Part shown: piece by piece, positions 9,808 through 21,265 of the stretch | How positions within the stretch are numbered: position 1 is the stretch's first letter | How the letters are laid out: the number at the start of each line of letters is the position of its first letter | NCBI GenBank assembly: GCA_043826455.1 | Contig: JBDRQD010000036.1 | Location: forward strand, 1-64,000 | Length of the DNA stretch: 64,000 nucleotides | Source of the DNA: Candidatus Bathyarchaeota archaeon | Lineage (GTDB): Archaea; Thermoproteota; Bathyarchaeia; TCS64 | Direction of reading: 5' to 3' | Position numbers and translations under genes: made by a program | The notes under the pieces: model-generated | Seen by the model: the letters and a program-made list of their open reading frames with translations, nothing else | The model's database searches: none | Told to the model about the DNA's origin: nothing

Positions 9808-10374
9808 CTATGACGGGCTTGACGGGTAACAGTTGTGGTAGGCGTACTCAGCCAGCGGCTTCCTCGGCGGCCTCGTCCTTTCAGCCTTCGCCTGCTCCTC
9901 CGAAAGGTAGGGGTGGACCGCCTCCGACTTCCTGCCCACGTTGGCCAGGGTTATTACCTGGTACTCCTCGGGTATGCCCAGGACCTCCTTCACCTTCTTG
10001 GGGCTGAAGCCCGCTATGGGGTGAGCGACTAGGCCCAGCTCCGTGGCCCTTAGGATAAGGAAGGCCGTGGCCATCCCTGCGTCGAACTGGTGGTACACCC
10101 TGTCTCTGATCTGGCAGTCATCCTCTGGCTTGCTGAACACGGCCACTATCATGGAGGCCAGCTCCACCCATTTGTTGCCCCGGCTTAAGGCGACCCACAT
10201 GGCCTCCAGCGCATCCTTATCGTAGACGAAGACGAACCTCCAGGGCTGGTTGTTGAAGCAGCTGGCGGAGAGGCCGGCGTGGGTGGCTAGGTCGTCCACC
10301 AGCTCGGGGGTCACCTCCACGGGCCCCAGGCTCCGGTAGGCGCGCCTGGCGTGGATCGCGTCCGTGACGTTCAT
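9808..10374 (-). CDS. nitroreductase family protein
   Basis: RRAYRS, SASCFNNQPWRF, ATELGL motifs. Confidence 0.92.
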   Translation of the reverse strand: MNVTDAIHARRAYRSLGPVEVTPELVDDLATHAGLSASCFNNQPWRFVFVYDKDALEAMWVALSRGNKWVELASMIVAVFSKPEDDCQIRDRVYHQFDAGMATAFLILRATELGLVAHPIAGFSPKKVKEVLGIPEEYQVITLANVGRKSEAVHPYLSEEQAKAERTRPPRKPLAEYAYHNCYPSSPS

Positions 10375-10431
10375 TAACCATCCTCAGCTCCAGAAACAGT
10401 TGACGGTGGGGTGCCGGCCTAATATAAACCT

Positions 10432-11817
10432 CTAGTGGGTGTGATCGTGGCCAGGCTTCCTCAGATTATATATGGCCCTCTGCACCACCTCGGGGAGTGC
10501 AGGGTGGATGTGCATGGCGTCAGCTATGGGGTACACGGAGCCGTCACCCGCGTACATGACGTTGACCACCTCCTGGATGAGGATGGGCGCGTGAGCCCCC
10601 ACGATGTGGGCCCCCAGCAACCGGTAGGACTCCTCCTCGAGGATAACCTTGACGAGGCCGTCCTCCTCCTCCATGGCCGCACCCTTAGCGGTGTCGATGT
10701 AGTTGTACTCCCCCACCAGGACGCTCAGCCCCCTGCTGATGGCCTCCTCCTCGGTGAGGCCCACGCTGGCCACCTGGGGCCAGGTAAACACAGCGTAGGG
10801 TACCTTATCGTAGTCCACGGGGTGGAAGTGGCCCTCCCTGAAGCCGTGCCAGACCACCTCGGCCTCCTTGTTGGCCACATGCTTGTACATGGCTCTGCCT
10901 ATGGCGTCACCGAAGGCCCAGATGCGCTTCTTGGTGGTCTCGTAGTTCTCGTTGACCTTTATGTAGCCCCTGGGGTCCAGCTGGATCCCCGTCTTCTCCG
11001 GCTTGAGGAGGTCCGCGTTGCTGGTCCGCCCCGCGGCTATGAGCAGCTTCTCTGCCGTGAAGGTCTTTTTCTCTCCGCCCGTCTCGGCCTTGACCTCCAC
11101 CTGGTCTTCGACCTTTCTGGCCTCGGTGGCCTCTATGCCTGTCTCCACGCGCATCCTCTGCCTCAGGTTGGCTGTGAGGACCTCGCTCACCTCGGGCTCC
11201 GCGTTCTTAAGGAGCCTGGGGCTGCGGCTGAGGACCGTGGTCTCGGAGCCCATGGCCGAGAAGAAGTGAGCCATCTCGCAGGCTATGAGGCCGCCCCCGA
11301 CGACGATTATGCTCCTGGGCCTGTGCCTCAGGTCCCAGACGTTGTCGCTGGTGAGGTAGTCCACGCCGCCCAGTCCCTCTATGGGGGGAATCAGTGGCCT
11401 GCTGCCGGTGACTAGGAATATGTTCTCAGCCTTTATGGTCCTGTCGCTCACCCTCATGGTGTGGTCGCCGGTGAACTCCCCGCGGCCCGGGATGAACGTG
11501 AGGCCCTCCACGGCGCCTACGGTCTCCTCCATGGGCCGCCTGTCGTGGTCCACGAAACGCCTAGTGCGCTCCATGATGCCCTCGAAGTCCACGCTCTCGA
11601 TCCTGGCATGGACACCCAGCCGCTCGGCGTGCTTGATGATGTTCACAACGTCTGCCGGGTATATCACCATCTTGCTTGGTATACAGCCCGTGTTGAGGCA
11701 GGTGCCCCCCAGCCTACCCATCTCGACGAGGCACGTCTTGAGGCCGCTCTTGACGGCGGCCTCGGCTATCATCATGCCGCTGCCGCTGCCCACCACCAAT
11801 ACGTCGTACTTCTCCAT
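10432..11817 (-). CDS. pyridine nucleotide-disulfide oxidoreductase (dihydrolipoamide dehydrogenase/mycothione reductase-like)
   Basis: GSGSG FAD motif, GGTCLNTGCIPSK redox disulfide, GGGLIACE, HIHPALPE. Confidence 0.9.
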   Translation of the reverse strand: MEKYDVLVVGSGSGMMIAEAAVKSGLKTCLVEMGRLGGTCLNTGCIPSKMVIYPADVVNIIKHAERLGVHARIESVDFEGIMERTRRFVDHDRRPMEETVGAVEGLTFIPGRGEFTGDHTMRVSDRTIKAENIFLVTGSRPLIPPIEGLGGVDYLTSDNVWDLRHRPRSIIVVGGGLIACEMAHFFSAMGSETTVLSRSPRLLKNAEPEVSEVLTANLRQRMRVETGIEATEARKVEDQVEVKAETGGEKKTFTAEKLLIAAGRTSNADLLKPEKTGIQLDPRGYIKVNENYETTKKRIWAFGDAIGRAMYKHVANKEAEVVWHGFREGHFHPVDYDKVPYAVFTWPQVASVGLTEEEAISRGLSVLVGEYNYIDTAKGAAMEEEDGLVKVILEEESYRLLGAHIVGAHAPILIQEVVNVMYAGDGSVYPIADAMHIHPALPEVVQRAIYNLRKPGHDHTH

Positions 11818-11857
11818 GGGTTGGGATTGGGGAATGGCGTAAAATAAAGGGGGTGGC

Positions 11858-13096
11858 CTACTCTAGCTTGACGACGCCGTACTTCTCGTAGTAGTCCAGC
11901 CACAGGGCCTTGAGGTCCGGTGTGAGGCTGTCCTTTATGAGGCCGTATATGCTCTGTATGTTCTGGATGCTGTGGATCCTTACACCCAGCTCCTCCTCCA
12001 TGTACTGAGTGGCGCTCCTCGGCTCCACGTTGTCCTTGTCCCCCATGGCCTCCTGCCTGTCCACGGCTATCACCATGCCCGCCACCTTGTGGTCCCCCAG
12101 GAGCCTCAGCTTCTCGATGGTCTCTATCTTGGTTATGCCGGTTGTGATGGTGTCGTCCACCACCAGGAGCCTCTGGCCGGGCTTGAAGTATCCTGCGCCC
12201 ACCAGGACCTGGTCGCTGCTCAGGTCCCCGTACTCCTTGGCCTCCTTCCTGTCGTACATGTAGCGTTTGCCCATTCCGTAGAGCTCGTTGAGGCCCTCGC
12301 AGGTGAGGGCGGCCAGGCTGATGCCCTTGTAGCTGGGCCCGAACACGTAGTCGAAGTCGGATAGCTCCCCGGTCTCCATGAGGAGGGCTATGTAGCTGGC
12401 GAAGGCCCACTTGAGCTTGGCGAGGCTCTCCCCGTCGGTGAGGGCCCCCAGGTTGATGAAGTAGGGGCTGGGCCGCCCGCTCTTGAGGGTGAAGGGCTTG
12501 TCGGGGCTGGTCTGGAGCCGTAGGGCGCCGCCCTTCAGCAGGACATCCAGGAAGACCTGCTCTATCTTGCCTCTGCTCACTAGGCCGCGGCGCTCCATCC
12601 TGAACCTCTCGTTCTGGATGTTTTCCTTGATGGTGCCGTAGTAGGTGACGCTGCCACAGTAGTCGCAGTGGAGCCTGGTCTCCTCGAGCCGGGCGCCCTT
12701 CTCGACGCGGAACCTGGTGTTGGGGGCTCTGTACACGGCGTTGGTGGGGCACAGGGTGTTAGGGCAGTTGAAGGCGTCCTCCAGGGTCTCTGGGAGGGCG
12801 ATCCTGCGCTTCTCCTTGACCTGCCAGTCGCTGATGACGTTGAGGGTGGAGTCGGGGGCCACGAAGGCTATTATGTCTATCTCGTTGCTGGTGAGGTAGG
12901 TGCCCTCTATCTTGATGAGGTCCTTGCTGCCCAGGGTGCGGCTGTCCACGTTCTGGGCTATGAGGGCGCGGGCGTCGGCGGGGAGCTTCAGCAGCTTCAG
13001 GACCTGGAAGGCTCTCCCGGCGGGGATGTGGTCTATGACTATACCGTTCTCTATCTTGCTGACCAGCAGCTGCCTCTCAGACAAATGATTACCCAA
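11858..13096 (-). CDS. pyrI-pyrE: fused aspartate carbamoyltransferase regulatory subunit / orotate phosphoribosyltransferase
   Basis: N-half: KIENGIVIDHIPAG, KDLIKIE, Zn ligands CPNTLC..CDYC. C-half: LKSGRPSPYF, FGPSYKG, VVDDTITTG. One continuous frame; start may be the TTG at 13084. Confidence 0.93.
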   Translation of the reverse strand: MGNHLSERQLLVSKIENGIVIDHIPAGRAFQVLKLLKLPADARALIAQNVDSRTLGSKDLIKIEGTYLTSNEIDIIAFVAPDSTLNVISDWQVKEKRRIALPETLEDAFNCPNTLCPTNAVYRAPNTRFRVEKGARLEETRLHCDYCGSVTYYGTIKENIQNERFRMERRGLVSRGKIEQVFLDVLLKGGALRLQTSPDKPFTLKSGRPSPYFINLGALTDGESLAKLKWAFASYIALLMETGELSDFDYVFGPSYKGISLAALTCEGLNELYGMGKRYMYDRKEAKEYGDLSSDQVLVGAGYFKPGQRLLVVDDTITTGITKIETIEKLRLLGDHKVAGMVIAVDRQEAMGDKDNVEPRSATQYMEEELGVRIHSIQNIQSIYGLIKDSLTPDLKALWLDYYEKYGVVKLE

Positions 13097-13154
13097 AGTG
13101 ATTGGATGGGTTACCTGAAAAACCTTGTCATAAAAAGAAAGGGGGGTTAGGGGT

Positions 13155-16040
13155 TTACGGGTCCGGGTGGACCTGTCCGCAGAAGCCTATGTCCACAAGC
13201 TTGTAGCATAGGCCGAGTTCGGCTGCTTCCTCTTCGATCTCGATGGTTCCGCAGTTCACGTTGCTGTAGTAGTCGTCGGTCTTGAAGTTGGTGTAGGCGC
13301 CCGTGCACTCCGTGAAGCCTCCGAGGAACTCTTTCACGTGGAACTGGACGGGATGTAGCTCCTCGTACTTGATCTCCAGAAGCACTGTGGTGACGCCCTC
13401 CTGTACGAGCTGCAGCCAGGGTAGGCCGCCGCCCCGCAGGGCGTAGCAGGCGTAGTAGGTGTCCTCGGCGGTGTAGCCGTAGACTATGAAGCCCACGGTC
13501 TCGTTGAGGTCCTTGTACGTGGATATGATGGCGTAGCCCACGGTGTCGTTGACGGTTGTGCTGTCGTACCAGAGCTTGTCGCCGACCACATCGACCTTGG
13601 CCTTGTCCTGCCAGTGGTCCTGGGTGGTCCGCGCCCAGCATCCGGGTGCGTAGAATCCGTCGCCGTACTCGGTGAAGACGAGGGCGTCCGTGAAGTCGTT
13701 GAAGTACTCGGCCGCCAGGTTGACCAGTGGTCCTCCGACCACTATCATGTTGCTGCTGCTGATGGCGTAGGGGTAGATGGTTGATCCGCCCACGTAGCCG
13801 TCAGGCGTGCACCAGTCGTCCTTGAAGGCTGACCTGTAGTCGCCGCCGGCGTGGTCGTAGTGGAAGTCGAACCTGCCCTCGAGGCCGGTGGTGAACCGCC
13901 TCATGGTGTAGGGCATGGTGGGTCCGAAGACCTCTGCCTGGATGTCCAGTCCGCTGAGCCACGTCTCCTTGTTCTTCCAGTCGCTCCACGCGGCCGCTAT
14001 CATGCCTGTGCCTATGGAGTCTGAGGCGAGGGAGGGCTCTCCCACGACTATCCACTCCCAGCGGCCTGTATGCCATGGGCTCGACTCGTTCACCAGCTTG
14101 GTGGAGTACAGCACCTTGTAGTACTCGTAGCCGCTGAGCGACACCTTGATGGTTATGGTGTCGCCGCTTATGGTGTAGTCCGTCGGCCTCTCTAGGAGCT
14201 TGTCGGGCTTCACGTTGTCCGTGTCGTATAGGATGACCTTCTCGGAGTCGTTACAGTAGTATCCCCACTTGTCGGGGACGTAGACCTCGTGCTGGCCTTC
14301 AAGGCAGTCTCTGTCGTTGCCGTACTTGTCGTGGAGGTGCGCGTCGAGCGTTATGGTGGTAGCTACGGGGCCCTTCTGAGCCCACCGGAAGGTGTCCTTG
14401 TTGGCTGCGTCCTTCAGGTCCCATGGGTTGAAGACCTCGTCGAGCTGGTACATGATCTCCTTGTCGATCCTGTACTGGTTAGCGGGGGGCGCCGTGGGGC
14501 TTGGCCTCATGTTGGGGTCCACTGCGTTGTTATAGTCTGTCAGTCCGTAGACCGATACGCATCTGAACTGGTGGGTGCTGTTCTCGGGGTGCTCATAGTC
14601 TAGGTCGAAGTCCCACTCCGCGAACACGTAGGGGACCTTGGGCTCCGCCAGCATCCCGTACGTCACGGGGTCGGCGATGAACCCGTCGGTCATGCAATCC
14701 AACGGCGTCGGCTGGTGAGGCTCGTGTCCGGTCATCTCCCTCTTGTAGACGAGGCAGAACTCGCTGCTTGGTAACCAGTAGTCGCGGTTTATGATCACGT
14801 AGGGGGCTTGCCACGTCCAGTGGATGCCCTTTATGAGTTTCGCGAACTTGCCCGTGTAGTCCTTCTTAAAGACCCAGGGCTCGTCGCTCCACTCTCCGGC
14901 TCCCCTCGGGTAGCACACGAGGGGGTCCATGATCTCTATGCTCAAGTCATTGTTGCCGACTATCTTCAGATAGTTGGGCCAAAGCACGTAGGGTGGCAGC
15001 GCGTTAGGCACTGTGATGTACTTTTCCTCGGTCTCCATGGTCACCAGTTTGCCGGGCACATCGTCTCCGCCCACCGGTGTCAAGCTGTCCACGTTGGTGA
15101 CCCACTTGCTTATCAGGTTGGGCCAGTACGCCGCGAAGCCGACTATCTGCTTGTTCTTGTCGATCATCTGGCATAGGTCATAGGTTACCGGCATCGGCTG
15201 GTGCTGGCTGTCTGAGCAGTATGCCTCGGGCCAGTAGAAGGGGTGTTTCCAGTACTTGGTGTCGAGGCCGTTGTAGAACTCGGCCCAGGCCTCGTTGTTG
15301 GACTCCATGCCGATGTCCCACTCGCCTCTCTGGCTGAACTCTATCTGGAAGGGGCCCTCGAACTTGTTGTCGTCGATGCGCTTGATGTCCTTGATCTCCA
15401 TGACGTACTTCTTGACCTTGTCGAACACCAGCTGGATGGTTATCTCAACCAGTGGCTTACCCATCTGGGCCGGGTCCTTGTCGTATATGGTGGTCTTGAG
15501 GAGGTAGATGGCCTTGCGTGGGCCGTCGTATATGAGCCGGATGTCGTCCGTCTCCGCCCACCCGTTTGTCCTTCTGCCGCCGTGGGCGTCTCCCACCGCG
15601 CTAGCGTCTACTGATTTCTGCATCTGCCTCCAGTCGCCGTCTATCCCCGACGGGCCGCTGTTGTCAGAGAACAAGGCGTAGGCCCACACGTTCTTCAGGT
15701 AGTTCTGGTCGGTGTAGTGGATGCTTATGACCCACCCGTTACTCCACTTGTACTTCTCCACGGCTGGGTTGGCGAACACCTCGTAGCCGCTGTACTTCAG
15801 CCCGACTCCGGCGTCGTCGTCGATGAGCTCACCGTACTTGCTGAAGCCGATGCTCAGGCTCTTCTCCTCGTAAGGGTATAGGCTGTATGTGTCGCTGTGG
15901 AGCACCCCCTCGTCGTTCATGTACGTGCCGCCTACCGGCGGAGGCGTTACCGCCGCCACCATGGGCACCAACATGGAGAGCAGGAGCACTCCTATTGTCA
16001 GTATGGAAGCAACTTTACGATCTGTATGTGTTGATCTCAT
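13155..16040 (-). CDS. large secreted cell-surface protein, probable S-layer glycoprotein
   Basis: Signal peptide, acidic/aromatic-rich, N-x-S/T sequons (NST, NDS, NES, NDT, NET), NMIVVGGPLVN motif reminiscent of archaeal S-layer C-domains, strong codon bias. Confidence 0.65.
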   Translation of the reverse strand: MRSTHTDRKVASILTIGVLLLSMLVPMVAAVTPPPVGGTYMNDEGVLHSDTYSLYPYEEKSLSIGFSKYGELIDDDAGVGLKYSGYEVFANPAVEKYKWSNGWVISIHYTDQNYLKNVWAYALFSDNSGPSGIDGDWRQMQKSVDASAVGDAHGGRRTNGWAETDDIRLIYDGPRKAIYLLKTTIYDKDPAQMGKPLVEITIQLVFDKVKKYVMEIKDIKRIDDNKFEGPFQIEFSQRGEWDIGMESNNEAWAEFYNGLDTKYWKHPFYWPEAYCSDSQHQPMPVTYDLCQMIDKNKQIVGFAAYWPNLISKWVTNVDSLTPVGGDDVPGKLVTMETEEKYITVPNALPPYVLWPNYLKIVGNNDLSIEIMDPLVCYPRGAGEWSDEPWVFKKDYTGKFAKLIKGIHWTWQAPYVIINRDYWLPSSEFCLVYKREMTGHEPHQPTPLDCMTDGFIADPVTYGMLAEPKVPYVFAEWDFDLDYEHPENSTHQFRCVSVYGLTDYNNAVDPNMRPSPTAPPANQYRIDKEIMYQLDEVFNPWDLKDAANKDTFRWAQKGPVATTITLDAHLHDKYGNDRDCLEGQHEVYVPDKWGYYCNDSEKVILYDTDNVKPDKLLERPTDYTISGDTITIKVSLSGYEYYKVLYSTKLVNESSPWHTGRWEWIVVGEPSLASDSIGTGMIAAAWSDWKNKETWLSGLDIQAEVFGPTMPYTMRRFTTGLEGRFDFHYDHAGGDYRSAFKDDWCTPDGYVGGSTIYPYAISSSNMIVVGGPLVNLAAEYFNDFTDALVFTEYGDGFYAPGCWARTTQDHWQDKAKVDVVGDKLWYDSTTVNDTVGYAIISTYKDLNETVGFIVYGYTAEDTYYACYALRGGGLPWLQLVQEGVTTVLLEIKYEELHPVQFHVKEFLGGFTECTGAYTNFKTDDYYSNVNCGTIEIEEEAAELGLCYKLVDIGFCGQVHPDP

Positions 16041-16131
16041 TGCGTTTCCCAACATACAGTTTTTTTTATGTTTAATAAAGAATAATACTACAACGTTGTC
16101 TCTGTTAAGGGACAGATAATATAATACACCT

Positions 16132-17295
16132 TCAGATCAAGCCCGTTATCGTCTTCTCGAGGATGTCACAATGGTTGCGCCAAGTAAAGTTCTTTGACAC
16201 ATGCTCACACGCCGCCTTCCCCATCCGGTCCCTCTTCGCCGGGTCATCAAGTAACTCAACGTGCTTCTCCACCATCTCATGGAGGTCGTACGGCTTGACC
16301 CGGAACCCTGTGACCTGGTTTATCACTGTCTCCCTTGGCCCAGCGTAATCCCACACTATCGCCGGTGTCCCGCATGCGCCTGCCTCAATGGGGCCTAGCC
16401 CGAAGTCTTCCTCGGGGGAGGTGTAGGTGTACACGTATGCGTTCCTGTACATCTCTACGAGCTGAGCTTCACTGAGGCTCCCCGTAAATTTTACGATTTC
16501 CTCTAACCCGTTCTTCGCAACGATCTTTTTCAGGACATTGGTATGTCCCGTGAACTCCCCTGTTATCACGCACCTCACGTCCTCATGCCCGACAATAATG
16601 TCCTTCATACATTGCAGGAGGTAATCGATCCTCTTCTGGGGGTAGTGCCTATTGGTTGTCAGAACATATCTTGTCGACTTCCCTCTGTCAGAACTTTGAA
16701 CGAAGTTGGCGTTGACTCCCGGATAGCACACGGCAGGGTCCACGCCGTAATACTCCTTTACCTGTCTTTGAATCCACTGGGAGTTAGTGAGCACAGCATC
16801 GGCGCACTTTACTGATAATCGATCTAGCCCCTGCAGAACAAGGTTGTTTTTATGTAGCATGTTGAGAAGCATCAGGTTCTTCTCCGTACCCCAGCTCGTT
16901 TTATCCACCTTCCTTTGTTTGAAGAACCTGTTGACCTGGTGAAGGTATGAGATGTAGGGGGTTCCGCATTTTCTCTTCAACCTCATACCTATCCAGTTAC
17001 TTGGCTGCCCATGAGCGATCACAACATCGTGTTCACCTAGTTCTCGTAAAGGTGAGACCAGGCTTGAGAGAATCATGCCTGCCGCGTTTCTGAATGGAAA
17101 GGACTGGGGAACACCTCTCGCAATTTCAACGGTGTGAAGCCCCTTAATTAGGTCAGGAAAGCAATCGTTTGTGATTACTGGGGCAAATATACTTACATTG
17201 AACCCCCGCCTCTCCAATTCGGCGGCTTGACATAGGACTGTCCTTTCTCCTCCTCCACTGTAAAAAAAACCCATATGAATGAGAGCGACTCGTAT
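16132..17295 (-). CDS. glycosyltransferase family 4 (GT-B)
   Basis: SGGGER, EDFGLGPIEAGACG (ExFG..E). The first beta-strand IRVALIH lies upstream of ATG 17274, so the start is extended to ATA 17295 (uncertain). Confidence 0.9.
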   Translation of the reverse strand: MRVALIHMGFFYSGGGERTVLCQAAELERRGFNVSIFAPVITNDCFPDLIKGLHTVEIARGVPQSFPFRNAAGMILSSLVSPLRELGEHDVVIAHGQPSNWIGMRLKRKCGTPYISYLHQVNRFFKQRKVDKTSWGTEKNLMLLNMLHKNNLVLQGLDRLSVKCADAVLTNSQWIQRQVKEYYGVDPAVCYPGVNANFVQSSDRGKSTRYVLTTNRHYPQKRIDYLLQCMKDIIVGHEDVRCVITGEFTGHTNVLKKIVAKNGLEEIVKFTGSLSEAQLVEMYRNAYVYTYTSPEEDFGLGPIEAGACGTPAIVWDYAGPRETVINQVTGFRVKPYDLHEMVEKHVELLDDPAKRDRMGKAACEHVSKNFTWRNHCDILEKTITGLI

Positions 17296-17473
17296 GCCTG
17301 ATACCCTTAGAAAACTCGTTAAAGCAACGGGTAGGTTTTCTGTGCCCCCTCCTCCCGGTAGCTAGACTCACTTGGACTTTATGTAAAATCCATCTGTAAC
17401 TGTAAATCTCAGTTGCCCGAAACTGTAACCCTAAATTAATTTTAACCAGCTATCATACCCGTGGGAAGTTTTC

Positions 17474-18175
17474 ATGGCCTGCAAGGTCTCCGTGATAACA
17501 CCAGTCTACAATGAAAGCAAGACTTTGGAGAAAAACATCCAAAGGATCAGACAGGCCTTGAAACATGTTACCCACGAGATCATCATAGTCGACGACAACA
17601 GCCCAGATGGGAGCGGAATAATAGCTGATCGACTATCAGAAACCGACCCAAACATCAAAGTACTCCACAGGCCACGAAAACTTGGTCTAGGAACAGCGTA
17701 CAAGGACGGCTTCAGACTAGCCACTGGGCAGAACATCGTGTCTATGGACAGCGACCTAAGCCACGACCCCAGATACATACCCTCCATGATCCAGGCCCTT
17801 TCAGACCATGACATAATAATAGGCAGCCGCCTCGTCCACGGTGGCAGAATCATCGGTAGAAGCCTCACGAGAGACCTCCTAAGCGTATCAGTGAACAACG
17901 TGATCAGATTACTACTGAGAGTAAAGGTCTGTGACTGGACCAGCGGCCTCAGAGCATACCGAAGAGAAGTGTGGGAAGAAATTATGCCCGAAGTCCACTG
18001 CGATAAATGGGATTTCCAGTTCGAGAGCCTATACAAAGCCGTTAGGAGAGACTACACCGTTAAGGAGCACCCCATAACATTCTACGAGCGGGCTGAAGGC
18101 GAGAGCAAGTTCAGTCTAAGAGAGGGACTGGTCTTCATAAAATCGTTTATAAAAATAGTCCTGAACCTAAAGTGA
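17474..18175 (+). CDS. glycosyltransferase family 2, dolichol/polyprenol-phosphate mannose synthase-like
   Basis: VITPVYNE, IVDDNSPDGS, MDSDLSH, GSR, DWTSGLR. Confidence 0.92.
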   Translation: MACKVSVITPVYNESKTLEKNIQRIRQALKHVTHEIIIVDDNSPDGSGIIADRLSETDPNIKVLHRPRKLGLGTAYKDGFRLATGQNIVSMDSDLSHDPRYIPSMIQALSDHDIIIGSRLVHGGRIIGRSLTRDLLSVSVNNVIRLLLRVKVCDWTSGLRAYRREVWEEIMPEVHCDKWDFQFESLYKAVRRDYTVKEHPITFYERAEGESKFSLREGLVFIKSFIKIVLNLK

Positions 18176-18181
18176 CTAGGC

Positions 18182-18523
18182 TCAGGTTTCTTCCTCTAGG
18201 AGCTCTATGATATATAGTAGGGCGTTGGCCATCACCGCGTTTTCCCAGTTCTCCGTCTCCGAGACCATCTTCAGCCCGAGCTTTATGGCCTCGTCCCCCC
18301 TCTCCGGGGGCTCCACCGGGTCCACGATTATGTAGTTCTGGGCAATGAAGCTGACCTTGGCCTTAACCGTCATGCCCGGCTCAAGTTCGTTGAATAAAAC
18401 GTTCTCGCGGTTGAATAAAATGACGCGGCCATCCTTCATTCGGCTAATGATGCTATCCCCTTTTCCCTTTAGCACTAATACCGTTAATTCGTCTCCCAGA
18501 CTTATGTCTGGATTTGAATCCAT
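18182..18523 (-). CDS. hypothetical protein (possible TRAM/OB-like domain)
   Basis: Beta-rich GKGDSIISRMKDGRVILF..PGMTVKAKV followed by a helical tail. Confidence 0.65.
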   Translation of the reverse strand: MDSNPDISLGDELTVLVLKGKGDSIISRMKDGRVILFNRENVLFNELEPGMTVKAKVSFIAQNYIIVDPVEPPERGDEAIKLGLKMVSETENWENAVMANALLYIIELLEEET

Positions 18524-18658
18524 TTGATACAATTCAAATCGCCTATAGTTTATCTCGCAGATATATATTTAGATTGGTTTTAGTACATTTTTCATATTTT
18601 CGGGCTCTAATTTTTGCCAGGTTTTTACACCGCCTCCATTGTGTAAACACAGAAACAA

Positions 18659-18711
18659 TATCTCTAGCGACATATTTATATCTCCGGCACCAAATTATAT
18701 CGCAAGCGATA
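18659..18711. promoter_or_regulatory. promoter with palindromic operator(s) upstream of PadR gene
   Basis: TATCGC-AA-GCGATA at 18698-18711 and a degenerate TATCTC-TA-GCGACA at 18659-18672 flank a TTTATA box. Confidence 0.5.
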
Positions 18712-18725
18712 CGAACGGTGGTTTG

Positions 18726-19232
18726 ATGGCTAAAATAACAGGCAACGTCCCAAGGGGCTTCACCCGTTTCTATGTGCTCTACCTACTCACAGAAAAACCC
18801 ATGACAGGTAAAGAGATCATAGACGAGGCCGTTAAAAGAAGTGAAGGAGACTGGGCGCCCTCCCCTGGGCTGATATACCCTTTGCTCGGTAGGCTTGTCC
18901 GTGATGGACTAATATCCGAGACGAAGAGCGGGGGCTTCATGATAACGGAGGAGGGGGTAAAAACTCTAAAACAGTACTCTAAGCTCCAGGATCAGATCGA
19001 CAAACAGTTCCAATTGGTAAACCGTCTGGGGGTCTCCATGTACGCTGCGGGCAAGTTCATCGCTGAGGAGGCCATGGACAGGATCGGTGTTGTGACCTCG
19101 AGTGTGAAGGATCGTGTGGGAAAGAAGTCCAAGGAAGCGCAACAGCGTTTCGACGAGATGTACGAGGAGTTCCTCTTAGGTGAGCTGGAACGTCTGAAAA
19201 CACAGAAAACCCCAGAACCGGATGAAAACTAG
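18726..19232 (+). CDS. PadR family transcriptional regulator
   Basis: PMTGKEII, WAPSPGLIYPLLGRL winged-helix signature; GGTG RBS before ATG 18726. Confidence 0.9.
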   Translation: MAKITGNVPRGFTRFYVLYLLTEKPMTGKEIIDEAVKRSEGDWAPSPGLIYPLLGRLVRDGLISETKSGGFMITEEGVKTLKQYSKLQDQIDKQFQLVNRLGVSMYAAGKFIAEEAMDRIGVVTSSVKDRVGKKSKEAQQRFDEMYEEFLLGELERLKTQKTPEPDEN

Positions 19233-19397
19233 GGCGCCCGAAGACTGAAAGGCGTCACCAGCTGAGCCCTGGTAACCCTACTTTTCCGTTAAGCTGTTTT
19301 TATAATGTCTCAGCTAGAAGTAACAAAAAATACATAAAAAATGGGGTGTGCGGGACTCCTCGAGCCATTAAAGGCTTCCGCCCCCTAAAACATAACG

Positions 19398-19407
19398 TTT
19401 TTATTTA
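19398..19407 (+). promoter_or_regulatory. probable TATA box of rRNA operon
   Basis: TTTTTATTTA about 220 nt upstream of 16S, followed by a structured leader. Confidence 0.5.
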
Positions 19408-19626
19408 CACGTTGAGCAAAGGGTGGTGCGAGCAATCGCACCCGCTATAAGACGGCGGCTACGATCGGACTGAGGCTAGCTGGCCTCCGGATGATTGATC
19501 GACCTCCTGAGGCGGGGACATGAATGAAGACTCGAGTAAAGGCGGAGACGTCTTCGAGTCTGATAAGGGTCGAGCAGGATGTTTTCCTCGCTTTATTCTA
19601 TATAGTTTGACTTTGCGGTCAACTTC

Positions 19627-21124
<1,498 letters not shown>

Positions 21125-21265
21125 TAGAAAAGACAGGATAGGCGAGGAAGCACATGCTCGACCCTAAACAATGCTCAACTGATGCAACTCCCGAAAGAAA
21201 TGTCGGGGGTGAAGGGCATAGCCGCTACGGGTTGGACTCCGGACGCGGCGATGACGCCGTGTATA

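Noticed and set aside
10432..11817. Pyruvate dehydrogenase or glycine cleavage operon, or mercuric reductase
   Set aside because: No E1/E2/H-protein neighbours and no C-terminal Cys-Cys pair; the substrate is left unassigned.
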